DNA of 63,972 nucleotides, the filler included, from Phoronis australis (taxonomy: Eukaryota; Animalia; Phoronida): NCBI GenBank assembly GCA_002633005.1. It is 12 parts of 12 records of this genome, joined end to end, with 100 filler letters (N's around TTAATTAATTAA, not from the genome) between each part and the next. Parts side by side here need not be neighbours in the genome. Positions count along the whole stretch, not along the records: positions 1 to 10,744 come from NMRA01001097.1; positions 10,845 to 19,332 come from NMRA01001890.1; 10 more parts are not named here. One strand, 5' to 3'. The notes beneath the pieces are model-generated. The model was given only the letters and a program-made list of their open reading frames with translations, did no database searches and had not been told where the DNA came from. This document shows positions 1-11,393 of this stretch, in pieces (within the stretch, counting starts at the first letter, position 1; each line of letters starts with the position of its first letter). Both the position numbers and the translations under genes were made by a program.

Positions 1-566
1 GGGTTCATTCTTTTCTAGGTTTTACCAGTTACCACTTTGTTCAATGTCATTGACAAGTTGACTGTGTTCTCTCTGCATTTGTTCCTAACCAGTAAAACAC
101 CATATAGGCCTACCAAAGATTGACTAATTGAATATTCCTTAAACTACTTCATACTTCAGTTGTATTTTAATAATAGCCAATTCCAATATCATTTTAATCA
201 TGTATTGGTGTTCTGTCATAATCCTATTCCTGTTTGTCAATGACACACATTCGTTAGAAATTATTTTGGACCTCGGACAGAAGTGAAACTGGACGTATAA
301 CTTAGTTTTACCATGTTTTTCAATTGATGCACCCAGCAGGTATGGTCGATATACTAAGAAAACTAGGCGACCTTCAACATTGCTGTCCAATACATGGTAT
401 TTTGTGGCTAACAAAGGAAAATATAATTAAATGTTTTACTCACATCAAATTAACAGAGAATCTGTGTACAAGTGTGATATTTCAACATTTGCATGACAAG
501 TCATTAAGATTCACAGTGAAGTTAGTGATTGTGAAGTTTGCTATAACTTGTTCATTGTTTCTGCAG

Positions 567-662
567 GACCACACCGCACTTCACATGGCAGCAGGGGCGG
601 GCAGAGCGGAGGTGGTGAGGGTGCTGGTGCAGGGTGGGGCCGATGTAGACATGCAGACCGAG
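567..662 (+). CDS. Ankyrin-repeat gene, divergent upstream exon (one ANK repeat, phase 0-0)
   Basis: ctgcag|GAC...GAG|gtaata; 96 nt reading DHTALHMAAGAGRAEVVRVLVQGGADVDMQTE, which matches the ankyrin consensus TxLHxAAxxGxxEVVxxLxxxGADV. Confidence 0.85.
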
Positions 663-1227
663 GTAATAGAAACTACTTGAGACGACATTAGAATTAAGAC
701 AATGTTATCTTTATTACAAAAGCTGTAGACTATCTGAAGTTTAACTAAATATTTTGTGTGTAAATACACTTTTCATATCTCATGATTTCAACATGTATTT
801 TTCAATCTGTACCGTGTACATGCATCTTAAGAAACATTGAGGTTTGAATTGTGTCAACAATATATTTGTCGACTTAACGTTGATTCTTTTCTATTCTTAA
901 TGACAATCGTCCATTCAACATTACAACTTTATATTAAACACGAAGCCAGAAAATCGGTGAAGAAATACAACATGGCGGGATCGCTGTCAAGTTATGGAGG
1001 AACTCTGTAATTTCTTACAGTCGACGTCTACAACATGTTCTGTTGTTACAGCAACGTTTTAAAATCTGTAACACTTGGTTCTTGAAATCATTACAAGTAT
1101 TCTAGCGTCTTAGAGGGGTCAGTAATGTTTCATTTATGTCACCTTACAAGTTCACTTTCCCCCGTTTATGTTAATTAGCTCTAAACGTTGATCGTCCATT
1201 CACACATCTCCATTATATATTACATAG

Positions 1228-1326
1228 ATGGGCGAGACACCGCTGCACGAGGCAGCACGGGGTGGTCATACAGACACAGTGAAGGTGCTGATGGCCAACA
1301 AGGCCAGTGTAGATGTACGTGATAAG
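1228..1326 (+). CDS. Ankyrin cassette exon A (99 nt, phase 0-0)
   Basis: catag|ATG...AAG|gtaagt; MGETPLHEAARGGHTDTVKVLMANKASVDVRDK. Confidence 0.9.
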
Positions 1327-1685
1327 GTAAGTAATGACACACAGGTTGTTTAGTTGAACTAGTTGTTTACACACACGATGATTAAAACTGTTTAGGAACA
1401 AGTTTTGTTGATATTTTTCACAATTTATTGTCCAAAAACAATGACAAGTTCAATGTCGTCTGCTTTTCTTGGTGAAGAACCAAAGCTGCGTAGAGTTGTA
1501 ACATGTTCTGTAACGGTTTAAAATCTGTAACACTTGATTCTTGAAATCATTACAAACATTGTAGCGTCTTAGAGGGGTCAGTAATGTTTCATTTATGTCA
1601 CTTTACAAGGTAACTTTCCCCGTGTATGTTAATTAGCTCTAAACGTTGATCGTCCATTCACACATCTCCATTATATATTACATAG

Positions 1686-1784
1686 TTGGGCCGGACACCG
1701 CTGCACTGGGCAGCAGAGGGTGGTTATACAGACGTAGTGAAGGTGATGTTGGCCAACAAGGCCAGTGTAGATGTACGTGAATGG
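1686..1784 (+). CDS. Ankyrin cassette exon B (99 nt, phase 0-0)
   Basis: catag|TTG...TGG|gtaagt; LGRTPLHWAAEGGYTDVVKVMLANKASVDVREW. Confidence 0.9.
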
Positions 1785-2149
1785 GTAAGTAATGACACAC
1801 AGGTTGTTTAGTTGAAATAGTTGTTAACAAACACGATGATTTAAACTGTTTAGGAATACATTTTGTTGATATTTTTCACAATTTATTGTCCTAAAACAAT
1901 GACAAGTTATATGTCGTCTGCTTTTCTTGGTGAAGAACCAAAGCTGCGTAGAGTTGTAACATGTTCTGTAACGTTTTAAAATCTGAAGCACTCATGTTGA
2001 TTCTTGAAATCATTACAAGTATTGTAGCGTCTTAGAGGGGTCAGTAATGTTTCATTTATGTCACCTTACAAGTTCACTTTCCCCCGTGTATGTTAATTAG
2101 CTCTAAACGTTGATCGTCCATTCACACATCTCCATTATATATTACATAG

Positions 2150-2248
2150 AGGGGCGAGACACCGCTGCACTGGGCAGCATGGGGTGGTCATACAGACATA
2201 GTGAAAGTGATGTTGGCCAACAAGGCCAGTGTAGATGTACGTGATGAG
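2150..2248 (+). CDS. Ankyrin cassette exon C (99 nt, phase 0-0)
   Basis: catag|AGG...GAG|gtaggt; RGETPLHWAAWGGHTDIVKVMLANKASVDVRDE. Confidence 0.9.
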
Positions 2249-2605
2249 GTAGGTAATGACACACAGGTTGTTTAGTTGAACTAGTTGTTAACAAACACGA
2301 TGATTAAAACTGTTTAGGAACAAATTTTGTTGATATTTTTCACAATTTATTGTCCAAAAACAATAAGTTCAATGTCGTCTGCTTTTCTTGGTGAAGAACC
2401 AAAGCTGCATAGAGTTGTAACATCTTCTGTAACATTATAAAATCTGTAACACTTTATTCTTGAAATCATTACAAGTATTGTAGCGTCTTAGAGGGATCAG
2501 TAATGTTGCATTTATGTCACCTTACAAGTTCAATTTCCCCCGTGTATGTTAATTAGCTCTAAACGTTGATCGTCCATTCACACATCTCCATTATATATTA
2601 CACAG

Positions 2606-2707
2606 ATGGGCCGGACACCGCTGCACAAGGCAGCACTGTGTGGTCATACAGACGCAGCGAAGGTGATGTTGGCCAACAAGGCCAGTGTAGATGTACGTGA
2701 TAAGTGG
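2606..2707 (+). CDS. Ankyrin cassette exon D (102 nt, phase 0-0)
   Basis: cacag|ATG...AAG TGG|gtgagt; MGRTPLHKAALCGHTDAAKVMLANKASVDVRDKW. Confidence 0.88.
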
Positions 2708-3260
2708 GTGAGTAATGACACACAGGTTGTTTAGTTGAACAAGTTGTTTACACAACGATGATGAACACACAACATGTGACTTGGCTGAATCATTCAATGA
2801 TTTAATTAATCGTGATTTATGATTTCATTTTAAACATTGACATTTTTGTTGCATTCCACCGCCCGTGACGTGACGTGCACGCGACTTTAATTAATTATAA
2901 ACAGTTTTTAGTTCACCTAGACTTGCACAGTGACTTGGTTCTTTACTTGCATTTCCACAGCACTCATTAAATGAATGTCGCTCTGTTGTAATGTATAAGA
3001 TCAAGTTGTTATATTTAAAACACTCTTTTCAATCACGTGACCACATCAGATCAGAGGAACGTTTAAAAAATCCTGCGCAAGTTATGTCTGAGTTTAAATG
3101 TCAGGTTTTAGTCTCGTCCTGTTGAGTCACACCCTTCATAAGTATTGCAACTGGTGTTGAAGTTTGAACTGGGAAAGTATAAAACTCGACCTGTTCACCC
3201 ACCCACATCACTCCTGTATAATGCTGATCAACATTATCTATTTTTGTTCACTTACTGTAG

Positions 3261-3362
3261 TTGGGTAACACACCGCTGCACGCGGCATCTGAAAAAGGAC
3301 ACACAGAGGTAGTGAAACTGCTGTGCAGGGAAAGCAGATGCGACGTCAATGCCGTCAACGAG
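3261..3362 (+). CDS. Ankyrin-repeat gene, divergent downstream exon (102 nt, phase 0-0)
   Basis: ctgtag|TTG...GAG|gtattg; LGNTPLHAASEKGHTEVVKLLCRESRCDVNAVNE. Confidence 0.88.
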
Positions 3363-4939
3363 GTATTGCAAGAGTGTTGTACTTCTTGATTAGTTAAGAC
3401 TGAAATAAATGTGTTTTAAATGGACTATGAATTTGAGAATTCATTCATTCGTAATAAATATCAAAAATGATCCATCTCCTACTTACAAAGAATCTCTTCT
3501 TCACTCCACGTACATGTACCTCCCCAGATCACTCAGTGGATCAAAGCAGCTTGTCTAATCGTAATAACTTGGAAGAAATAACCAAACGCGCCATCAATGG
3601 TCGACAACAGCCACAGGTTCAGATTTCCTCGCTTCATTAATTATAACACATGTATGTTTTTAATCGGTTCACTGCAAGGAATCAGATGCGCGTTTAGGAA
3701 GGAAATCTTGGAAGGTTTTAGTCTTGCTTTGTTTAATATAACGATAATTTAGCAATCAATTTATCCATGTGTTTTAACCCCATGGCTTAACCGTACATGT
3801 ATTTCAACCCCACCACACAAGCGTGTTTGTTCCTGCCAAGGTCGGATTTACTATTGTATGATGCTGAAATCTAGGGCGTGACTGAGGCAAAGTCCCGGGC
3901 AGTCCGTCGAAAGCACAAGTCCTTTTACCACGGTGCCAAGCCGAGCACTCTGAATCTGGTAAACGAGCTGTAATCCACAATACATGTAAATCCAAAGTCT
4001 GTGTATACATGTGCAGGTGCTTTAAATTGTGTATACACTGAAACTGGATAGTTTACGATTTTTGCGTGAATTTTGTTGTCGGAAACAGTACCGTGTTTTT
4101 TACCTGTCGTCTGCTTCACTTGTTTCAAAAATATGGCATCGTGCTTCATCTCGTTGATCTCTCGTCTTTTTGTTATGTAAGCAAGTTTTATTGTTTAGCT
4201 GCGGAAACTTTTAAAGTTATCAGGATGTATTTCATCATTTCAATGTGGGGCTTGTGTTGAGGTACGTGATTTCTTTTTGAAACATCTTGATTAGGTCTGG
4301 CCGTGATTTGTGTTGGTGGCCACGTTATCAAAAGTTTCATGTGTCAAACATACATTAACCAGTCCAAACATCTCATTTACTGCTTTTAAAATGTACAACA
4401 GAAACTTCAAAATGATGTAGGAACTTATCTGAGGTCCACCACATTGGAGAATGAATACACCTGATGTTCGGAACTGATTTTACAGTTTTGTCGGTAGTGC
4501 TCACACGGTACTCTGAGTTTGAGGATTTGTTCATTTATCAACAAACTATTTCATCAAAAAGACCTACATCTTGCTTTAAAACCACTTCTGTACATATTTA
4601 GTTTCAGTTATTAAATCGAAGCGCCATTGATTTATTTATATGCCATGGAATGTGTTGGTGAAAGCCATTTTCATTCAAACTGCTATTTCTGCTCTATGCC
4701 TTATTTTTTAAACTTCCTCTCGCGCAAGCCAGTGATGTCGGGCTATTTTGCTCTGGGAATCCCTTCATGATCGCCACATGCAGTAACAAAGCGATAAATA
4801 CTGACTGCTTGTTATAAGTGACACGTTTTGTACCCTTAAAATATCAACACAATTATTTAAGTTTGCCAATTTCAAGCTAAAAGAATTCAAATTTATGCCG
4901 GGATATCTGGCAGAAAAATAGATTAATTACAAATGGGTG

Positions 4940-6510
4940 CCTGCTTCGCTAAAAAAATTGAAATTGACTAATAAATCACTTAGATGGTAATTTTTATGTT
5001 TCAAAAGTTCAGATTGATGCCATTATTTGTGTCTCGTTGTTTAAACAAAAGATAGCGGTATGTGAGTCTCGATGGTGTACATGTGTCGGTGAAGTTCACT
5101 TTACTGGTAAACATGGTATTTATAAGATTATATATTTATTACCGAAGTTAACAAAACATGCCTTCAGTAGAGCAAAAAAGTAAAAATACTTATAACTGAG
5201 TGCCAAACACACCACGGTGAGTCGTCTAGCGCTCGTGAGCTATCATTCAAACCCGTACTAAACAACCCACTGTACTTTTTCATCACATGTTCAAGCCATG
5301 TGGCCTCAGAATATTGTAGACTATTGAGTAGAGATAGTAAAAGTATTTGCCTATATCCGTGATTCATGAAAAAAATGAAAAGTTGGCGCTGGGAAATGAT
5401 CCAATACATTGTGTTTCCGATAGAGAACAGTACATTTTCCAGTTATACTGATCGTGGCCAACTGTCGCATTTTTTGATTTTTCCAGCAGTGCACACCGTG
5501 AAAATGTTCAGGTTTACTGACTCATGGTAAAACCGGCACATTACAGGCTATAGCCCTCACTTTCAGTTCTGCTAAAGAAAAAAGGCACTCATATATTTCC
5601 AGTCGGCTAAACACAAAAGCTTCGAACTGTTGTGGTCATTACAGCACCCGTAATGTTCGTTCGTCTAAACGGGTCGTTTCTTCTGTTGCTACGATTATCT
5701 CACCCGTTTGCTGGCAGACCCAGATTTGCCGCTTTATATTAAGGTATCAATTTTCCTTCTCTAATACTGACAACTATTCAGTAGCTGAACGAAATGACAT
5801 TGACTATGTGTCATGAATATTGTTATTTTGTTAGTTTTCACAGCGCAGACTCCTTAGTGTCTCTTGTCTACAGGCATCCTAAGTGTCGACGTTTTTAACA
5901 GTTGATGAAGAAATTCATTTCTCAGATTAATACGCATGCCAATAGTGCCTGTACTTTCCTCACGCGTTCAAATTCATTTTATTGAAACAAAACATTGAAA
6001 TTCGGAAATATAAAAGTATAGCCCATATAATAGACGTAATTGACATTTGACATGGACTTTGACGTCCATTTATTATTCCTCCCATATTTACTCAATAACG
6101 GATTTTTACAGTACCTAACTTAGTTTGCCCGCTGATGGCCACGCGTGTCCTTTTCAGTAAACCGTCATGTAACGCTTCAATAAAGCATGATGCTGTTTCT
6201 GGATTCCAAGTTGGACATCCTTTATCAATCATTGTGGCGCACGGAAGAGAAATGACACGTCTTTCTTTTCTCCGGGACTGCAAAGTCCGAATTCTTCCAG
6301 TCAATGCATACAGTATGGACGGTTTAAGAAGTTAATTCCACACGCCGTGTATGTCCAACACGCTGTACGCAAAATGGTTGTGAGTCCTTACGTATCGGAT
6401 ATTTATTTGGTTGGAAACTCTAAATATTGGCATCTGAAAAAATCAACTTTCACGCAAACTACTCTCAGAACGCAGCCAATGTTGTCCATAAAGTGAACGT
6501 TTGCAAATCT
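4940..6510 (+). repeat. Diverged non-coding duplication, copy 1 (paralogue of 8470-10735)
   Basis: Collinear blocks, e.g. ttgaaattgac-aataaatcac...tcaaaagttcag, ctcgtgagctatcattca, gtttcttctgttgct...gcagacccagattt, and tatttggtt-gaaactc, occur in both copies. Confidence 0.8.
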
Positions 6511-8469
6511 ACATTTTGTGGAATAATTGAATTAGACAGCCGACAAGAATTAAATCAAACAATTTCGGGTGCGAAAATGGACTTTTGCGGTATTACTTGG
6601 TAAACTTGTCGTGTAGATTTCTAGAAAAGATTCTAAAAATGTGCCAGTCACGAAACAAACAACGCTAATTTTATAAAGATGGTCGATTGCTAGAACGTGT
6701 GGAATATTTGAGCTTATTTGAAAGAAACGCACAGCAGTAGACGCGTGCATTTGAATCGTTTCATTCAATGTGATGGTGACACATCAGTTTACATAGCGTC
6801 TGAGAATGGTTAACGAACGAACAGTCTTGAAAGTAATTTTTGAAAAACGTGTCAATGTCGCAGTTGTCAAACAGGTAAAACACCAATGTAAATCACATTG
6901 TGTAGCAAGACAGAACTTTAAAAAATAATGAAAACACTTTCCGACTTAACTTTAATTTTCAAGTGTTGTTTTCTCTTCATCTAAGCGCGAAATATTCGTA
7001 TAAACGTTGGTGCTGATTGTCCAAGTTCCCTCAGTTTTAGATCACGACATACATTACATGTATAATTTATACTGACCTCAATTTCAACATAGCTATAATT
7101 TTGTACATAATCTGACTCCATTTCCGGAACATTTACTTCCATGTTCACTAAAGATATGTTAGTGATTGGTGGCAACATGTTATTTTTGGACCACATCTTA
7201 TGTTCTCATAAGTATAAACAATAGTTTCAAATTGCCTTTATTATTCAGTAAAAAGCTACCAAAGTTCGTTGGATTACAAATTTATTTTTGTGAATGAAAT
7301 ATATCCTCATCGTTTCTTTCGGTTTGTATTTTGCAATTTTTTCTAGCTATCTTCACTGAAATTGTCACCAAAGTATCATTGACACAAACCTGTTCAGCTA
7401 TTTAATGTTAGTTGTGCCAGTCCGTTCAACTTTGCATACATTAGTCGTGCTTACATGTCGACGGGCGCCACCATTCGCAATAACTGTTATGTCAGCAAAA
7501 GTTTCATTGATTTTCTTATACATGCACAGTGTACACAATTCCAATTATTTGCCTTGTGAGCCAATATGTCTGTTTTATACATTTTTACCTTATGTGCACG
7601 AAGTTGCACAAAGGCGTGGATTTAAAAAATTACAAAAGTATACAAAAATAATTATGCGCACATATACAACGGATTTCCACCTGTGCCTATAAGCAAGGCA
7701 TAAGCATGCGTCTACAAGTATATGTGAAACACTTAAGAAGGAAATTTTCCTTAGTTTCTTTATTTCCTAAGCACGGAACGCACTTGTAATGTTGTGCAGT
7801 GGGTTACGATTTCCATGGTTTACTCGAAAGAATTAAAGTGCATTACAATGTGACAAGTAAATGTGTGGCACGCATGTAAAGCATATGCTTAAGCGGTCGA
7901 ATAAATGTCAATGGCAATCTGACTATTCGTGTATTCGATCAGCAACACAGATGTTGATACCTGAAGGCTATTCCTACTGTGACAGAAGAATGGCCAAATT
8001 CAGTTGACATGATATAGACCGAGCATCTGCTTGAGCGAAATCAGTTTGCAAAATTTAAAAAAGAAAGGACCAAATAGTTTACGTAAGCCACTGGTGTGCC
8101 AGTTGCAAATGACTAACGTTCATTGAAAAATAACGATCACACCCAGTGGGCTCAAGGATTAGGATCATTCATTATGATTATTAAAAATGAATAAGATTAT
8201 ATGGCGTATCAATTTTGTTTACATTCCATACATGTACATTTTTCACCTGCCTTATCGAGAGTCGCATCGCTCTTCTAACACCCAAAATAGCTTGACAGCA
8301 ACAAAGTATCCGTTAGATTTGATTAAAATACATCAAAGTTGCTTCATTTTGTCCTCGATTAAAAATCAGACAATTTCTTTCGCTAATCTGACTGAAAATA
8401 GACCACTTAGCTTTTATTTACATATGCAGTTCAACCAGGAATTGAAATGGTGCTAATGTGTACTGTGTT

Positions 8470-10735
8470 CAGCTTCACTAAAAACCTTGAAATTGACAAA
8501 TAAATCACCGAGATGGTATTTTTTATGTTTCAAAAGTTCAGGTTGATGCCCTATTTCGGTTGTTTAAACAAAATATGGCGGTATGTGAGTCTCGACGGTG
8601 TTCATGTGTCGGCGAGGTTGCCTTTACTTGTAAACATGGCATTTATAGGATTATATATTTATTACACATGTTCAAAAAAACATGACTTTAGTAGAGCCAA
8701 AACGGTTAATTTTAGAGCGATAAAACGAGAAATAAAATCTAGGAGTGGAATCCTCGTTTTCCCAGGTTTTTACAAACTCGCAAGGGAATAACAGACTATT
8801 TCGTTTGCTCAGTTGCAGTTGATTCGGCGAATTTAGTTAGTCATGGTGAATGCGCTTTTGATCATTTTCATCATTTTGTTTTTCTTCAGACTTAGGCGGA
8901 TATATTTGATTACAAGTTGTTAGACATCTTGATGAGCTTAGCAGTATCTTGCCTCACTCTTAACGTTAATAATGCAAATGACAAATCTGATTAAAACATG
9001 TCACAATCATACAGGTAAAGTTGGTTGCGCTGTGTAAAATACAAAGTACATGTAGGTGTCGAACACACCTTGGTACGTCGTCAAGCACTCGTGAGCTATC
9101 ATTCATAAACTGAGTAAACAACGTGCTTTTGCATCACGTGTTCAGTCCATGCCACTTTAGTGTATTCTAGTTTTTTAAGTAGTTATAGTTATAGTGTATG
9201 GATTATCGGTAAATAAAAAATCCAATGCTTAGCTTTACCAATAGAGTACAATGCACACACAATCCTGCTCTTGACAAACTGTCGTATTTTTATTTTTCCA
9301 GCAGTCAAAGTGTTCTTGTTTTTAACTCACGGCAAAACTAGCATATCACGTAATATGTCGCTCGAGGAGGCAGTGTGGCCTGGTTGATAAGTGCCCGCTT
9401 TCTATACTCGAGGTCGTGGGTTCAAGTCCCACCATGTCACACTGCTAAACCCTTGAGCCAGGTTTCCAGCTCCTCAGCTCGGTTTTAACCATATATTAAT
9501 AAAGCATAAAAATATTTCCAGGTGATCAGTGCAATGGGTCCACATGCGAGGCCTGCGCCCGCCTGGTACTACGTGTATCAGACAGCCTGCAATTTTTAAT
9601 ATATCGCTCACTTTCCGTTCTATTAAAGAAAAAAAACAGGATGTATATTATTTTACGACACTCTTAAGTTTGCAGTCGACTAAATTCAAAAATTTCTGGC
9701 GCTTGGGCGTTACGACACTCGTAATCTTCGGTCGACAAAAACGCTGTAGGTTAGTTTCTTCTGTTGCTGTAATCATTTCACTCGTTCTTTCAGCAGACCC
9801 AGATTTTCTGCTTGTTATCAAGATGTCGCTTTTCTTTATCTAACACTGACAACTATGACAGGAGGTGATCTAAGTAACATTGACTAATTGTCAGGATATA
9901 AGTTATATTTTTATTTTTCACAGTGCAGACTCTTTAGCAACATGACAATCGTAAAATAGGTGGCAGTGTCACTTGTTTACAGTAATGCAAATTATCGCTG
10001 TTTTCATAATTTATTAAGAAGTTACCGGTAGTTCATTTTTATGATTACGCTTTTCAACAATGTCTTCGCTTTCCTCACCCGTCCAAAGTCATATTATTGA
10101 AACATTATATTATGTAAATGTAGTGTGGAAGTTTTTAAAAAGTCATACAGGTATAGACTACACAAAAGACGTAACTGACATTCGTCTTTGAACTAACAAT
10201 CCTAGATTTAATCAAGAACTGCTTTTCCAGTAACTCAGCAACAAAGAACATTGTGATGGGTGCGCTCTCTTCAGGCGCGAAATACCGACCATAGGTGTCC
10301 TTTGATGAAACCGCTATATAACTCTTCAATAAATCACAGTCTGGATTCCCAAGTTGCACATTCTGTACCAATCTGAAGTAAAACTGAGGTTTGATGTTAC
10401 CGCTCAATTTGGCCCACGGTAAAGGAATTGTACGTCTTTCTTATTCTCCGCCACCAAACTCTTCCGATTTGTGCATACAGTATTGACGTTTTATGAAGTC
10501 AAACACGAAATTGTCCGCAACTGCATTCCACTCATTGTGTATGTTCAATAAAATTCAGCCTACTGTAGGTAAAATGATTGTGACTCGTAATGTGTCGAGT
10601 ATATATTTGGTTAGAAACTCCAAAGATTGGTATTTGACACTCCCTCAGTTCGCACGCAAATCTGTTGCAGAACGCCTGCAGAACATCGTGCAATCTTGTC
10701 CATACCGATTTTAAAACAAACACTTTCAAATCTGC
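8470..10735 (+). repeat. Diverged non-coding duplication, copy 2 (with extra insertions including a SINE)
   Basis: Collinear similarity to 4940-6510; runs almost to the segment end. Confidence 0.8.
9364..9596 (+). mobile_element. tRNA-derived SINE, full length
   Basis: A-box-like TGGCCTGGTTGATAAG and B-box GGTTCAAGTCC. 13-bp TSD taatatgtcgctc (9351-9363) / taatatatcgctc (9597-9609). Absent from the paralogous site near 5550; second copy at 24483. Confidence 0.8.
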
Positions 10736-10744
10736 AAGCTCTGC

Positions 10745-10844
10745 NNNNNNNNNNNNNNNNNNNNNNNNNNNNNNNNNNNNNNNNNNNNTTAATTAATTAA
10801 NNNNNNNNNNNNNNNNNNNNNNNNNNNNNNNNNNNNNNNNNNNN
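10745..10844. other. Artificial contig spacer (first of 11)
   Basis: 44N-TTAATTAATTAA-44N, giving stops in all six frames. Identical spacers start at 19333, 21952, 32791, 35604, 38020, 43007, 51828, 55207, 57819 and 62853. Confidence 0.97.
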
Positions 10845-11011
10845 TCCTAGCTGTCTAACCTTTACTGTAGTGTGTGACAGTGTTACTAACTAGTCGTCTA
10901 CAAGAATTTAACACGCTCCTAGCTGTCTAACCTTTACTGTAGTGTGAGACAGTGTTAACTAACAAGGCACCTACAAGAGTTTAAGACAGTCCTAGTTATC
11001 TAACCTTTACT
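10845..11011. repeat. ~72-bp minisatellite (2+ units, truncated at segment start)
   Basis: tcctagctgtctaacctttactgtagtgtg... recurs at 10845, ~10917 and ~10990. Confidence 0.75.
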
Positions 11012-11393
11012 TCCAGTCTTTTCTTTCATGACCCCTAATTTTAATCTTAATACCTTCATGATATGTCATCAGAGTCCTTTCGGCTGTTACATGTACCCGA
11101 AGTTATTTTAAAAAGATAATCAAGGCTTTCCCGTAAAGCTCAAAGATTTTAAATGGTATAGTAATTGATTATGGGGATATTCATACAGTTTGCAGTGTGT
11201 GCAAATTTGAAAGTGTCATGATAGAACTAGCTCTTACCACGCCCACCAAAAACCGTGCAATTAATAGACAGCCAACAGAAGCTCAGGGTTAGTACACGCC
11301 ACCGCAATATCACCACCACCGACATGATTAGTAAGTTAGTCACGCGTGCGAGTGGACTATAAGAGGGTGCGAGACTGAAGCCGATGTCAGTAC

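Larger units (their letters stand above)
1030..2762 (+). repeat. Tandem array of ~460-bp exon+intron cassettes (~3.8 units), each carrying one ankyrin exon
   Basis: Exon starts at 1228, 1686, 2150 and 2606 (periods 458, 464, 456). Intron sequence is nearly identical; the ~60 nt before each acceptor differ at one base among the four copies. Confidence 0.95.

Noticed and set aside
1228-2707. A true diversity-generating retroelement behind the NNG codons
   Set aside because: No template repeat or DGR-type RT is present; the RTs in the window are Penelope/LINE relics on other segments.
1213-2797. Minus-strand ORFs 1213-1401 and 2591-2797
   Set aside because: Antisense shadows of the plus-strand ankyrin exons.
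9364-9440. tRNA gene
   Set aside because: A/B boxes are present but there is no good cloverleaf; it continues into a repeated body with a TSD, so it is a SINE head.
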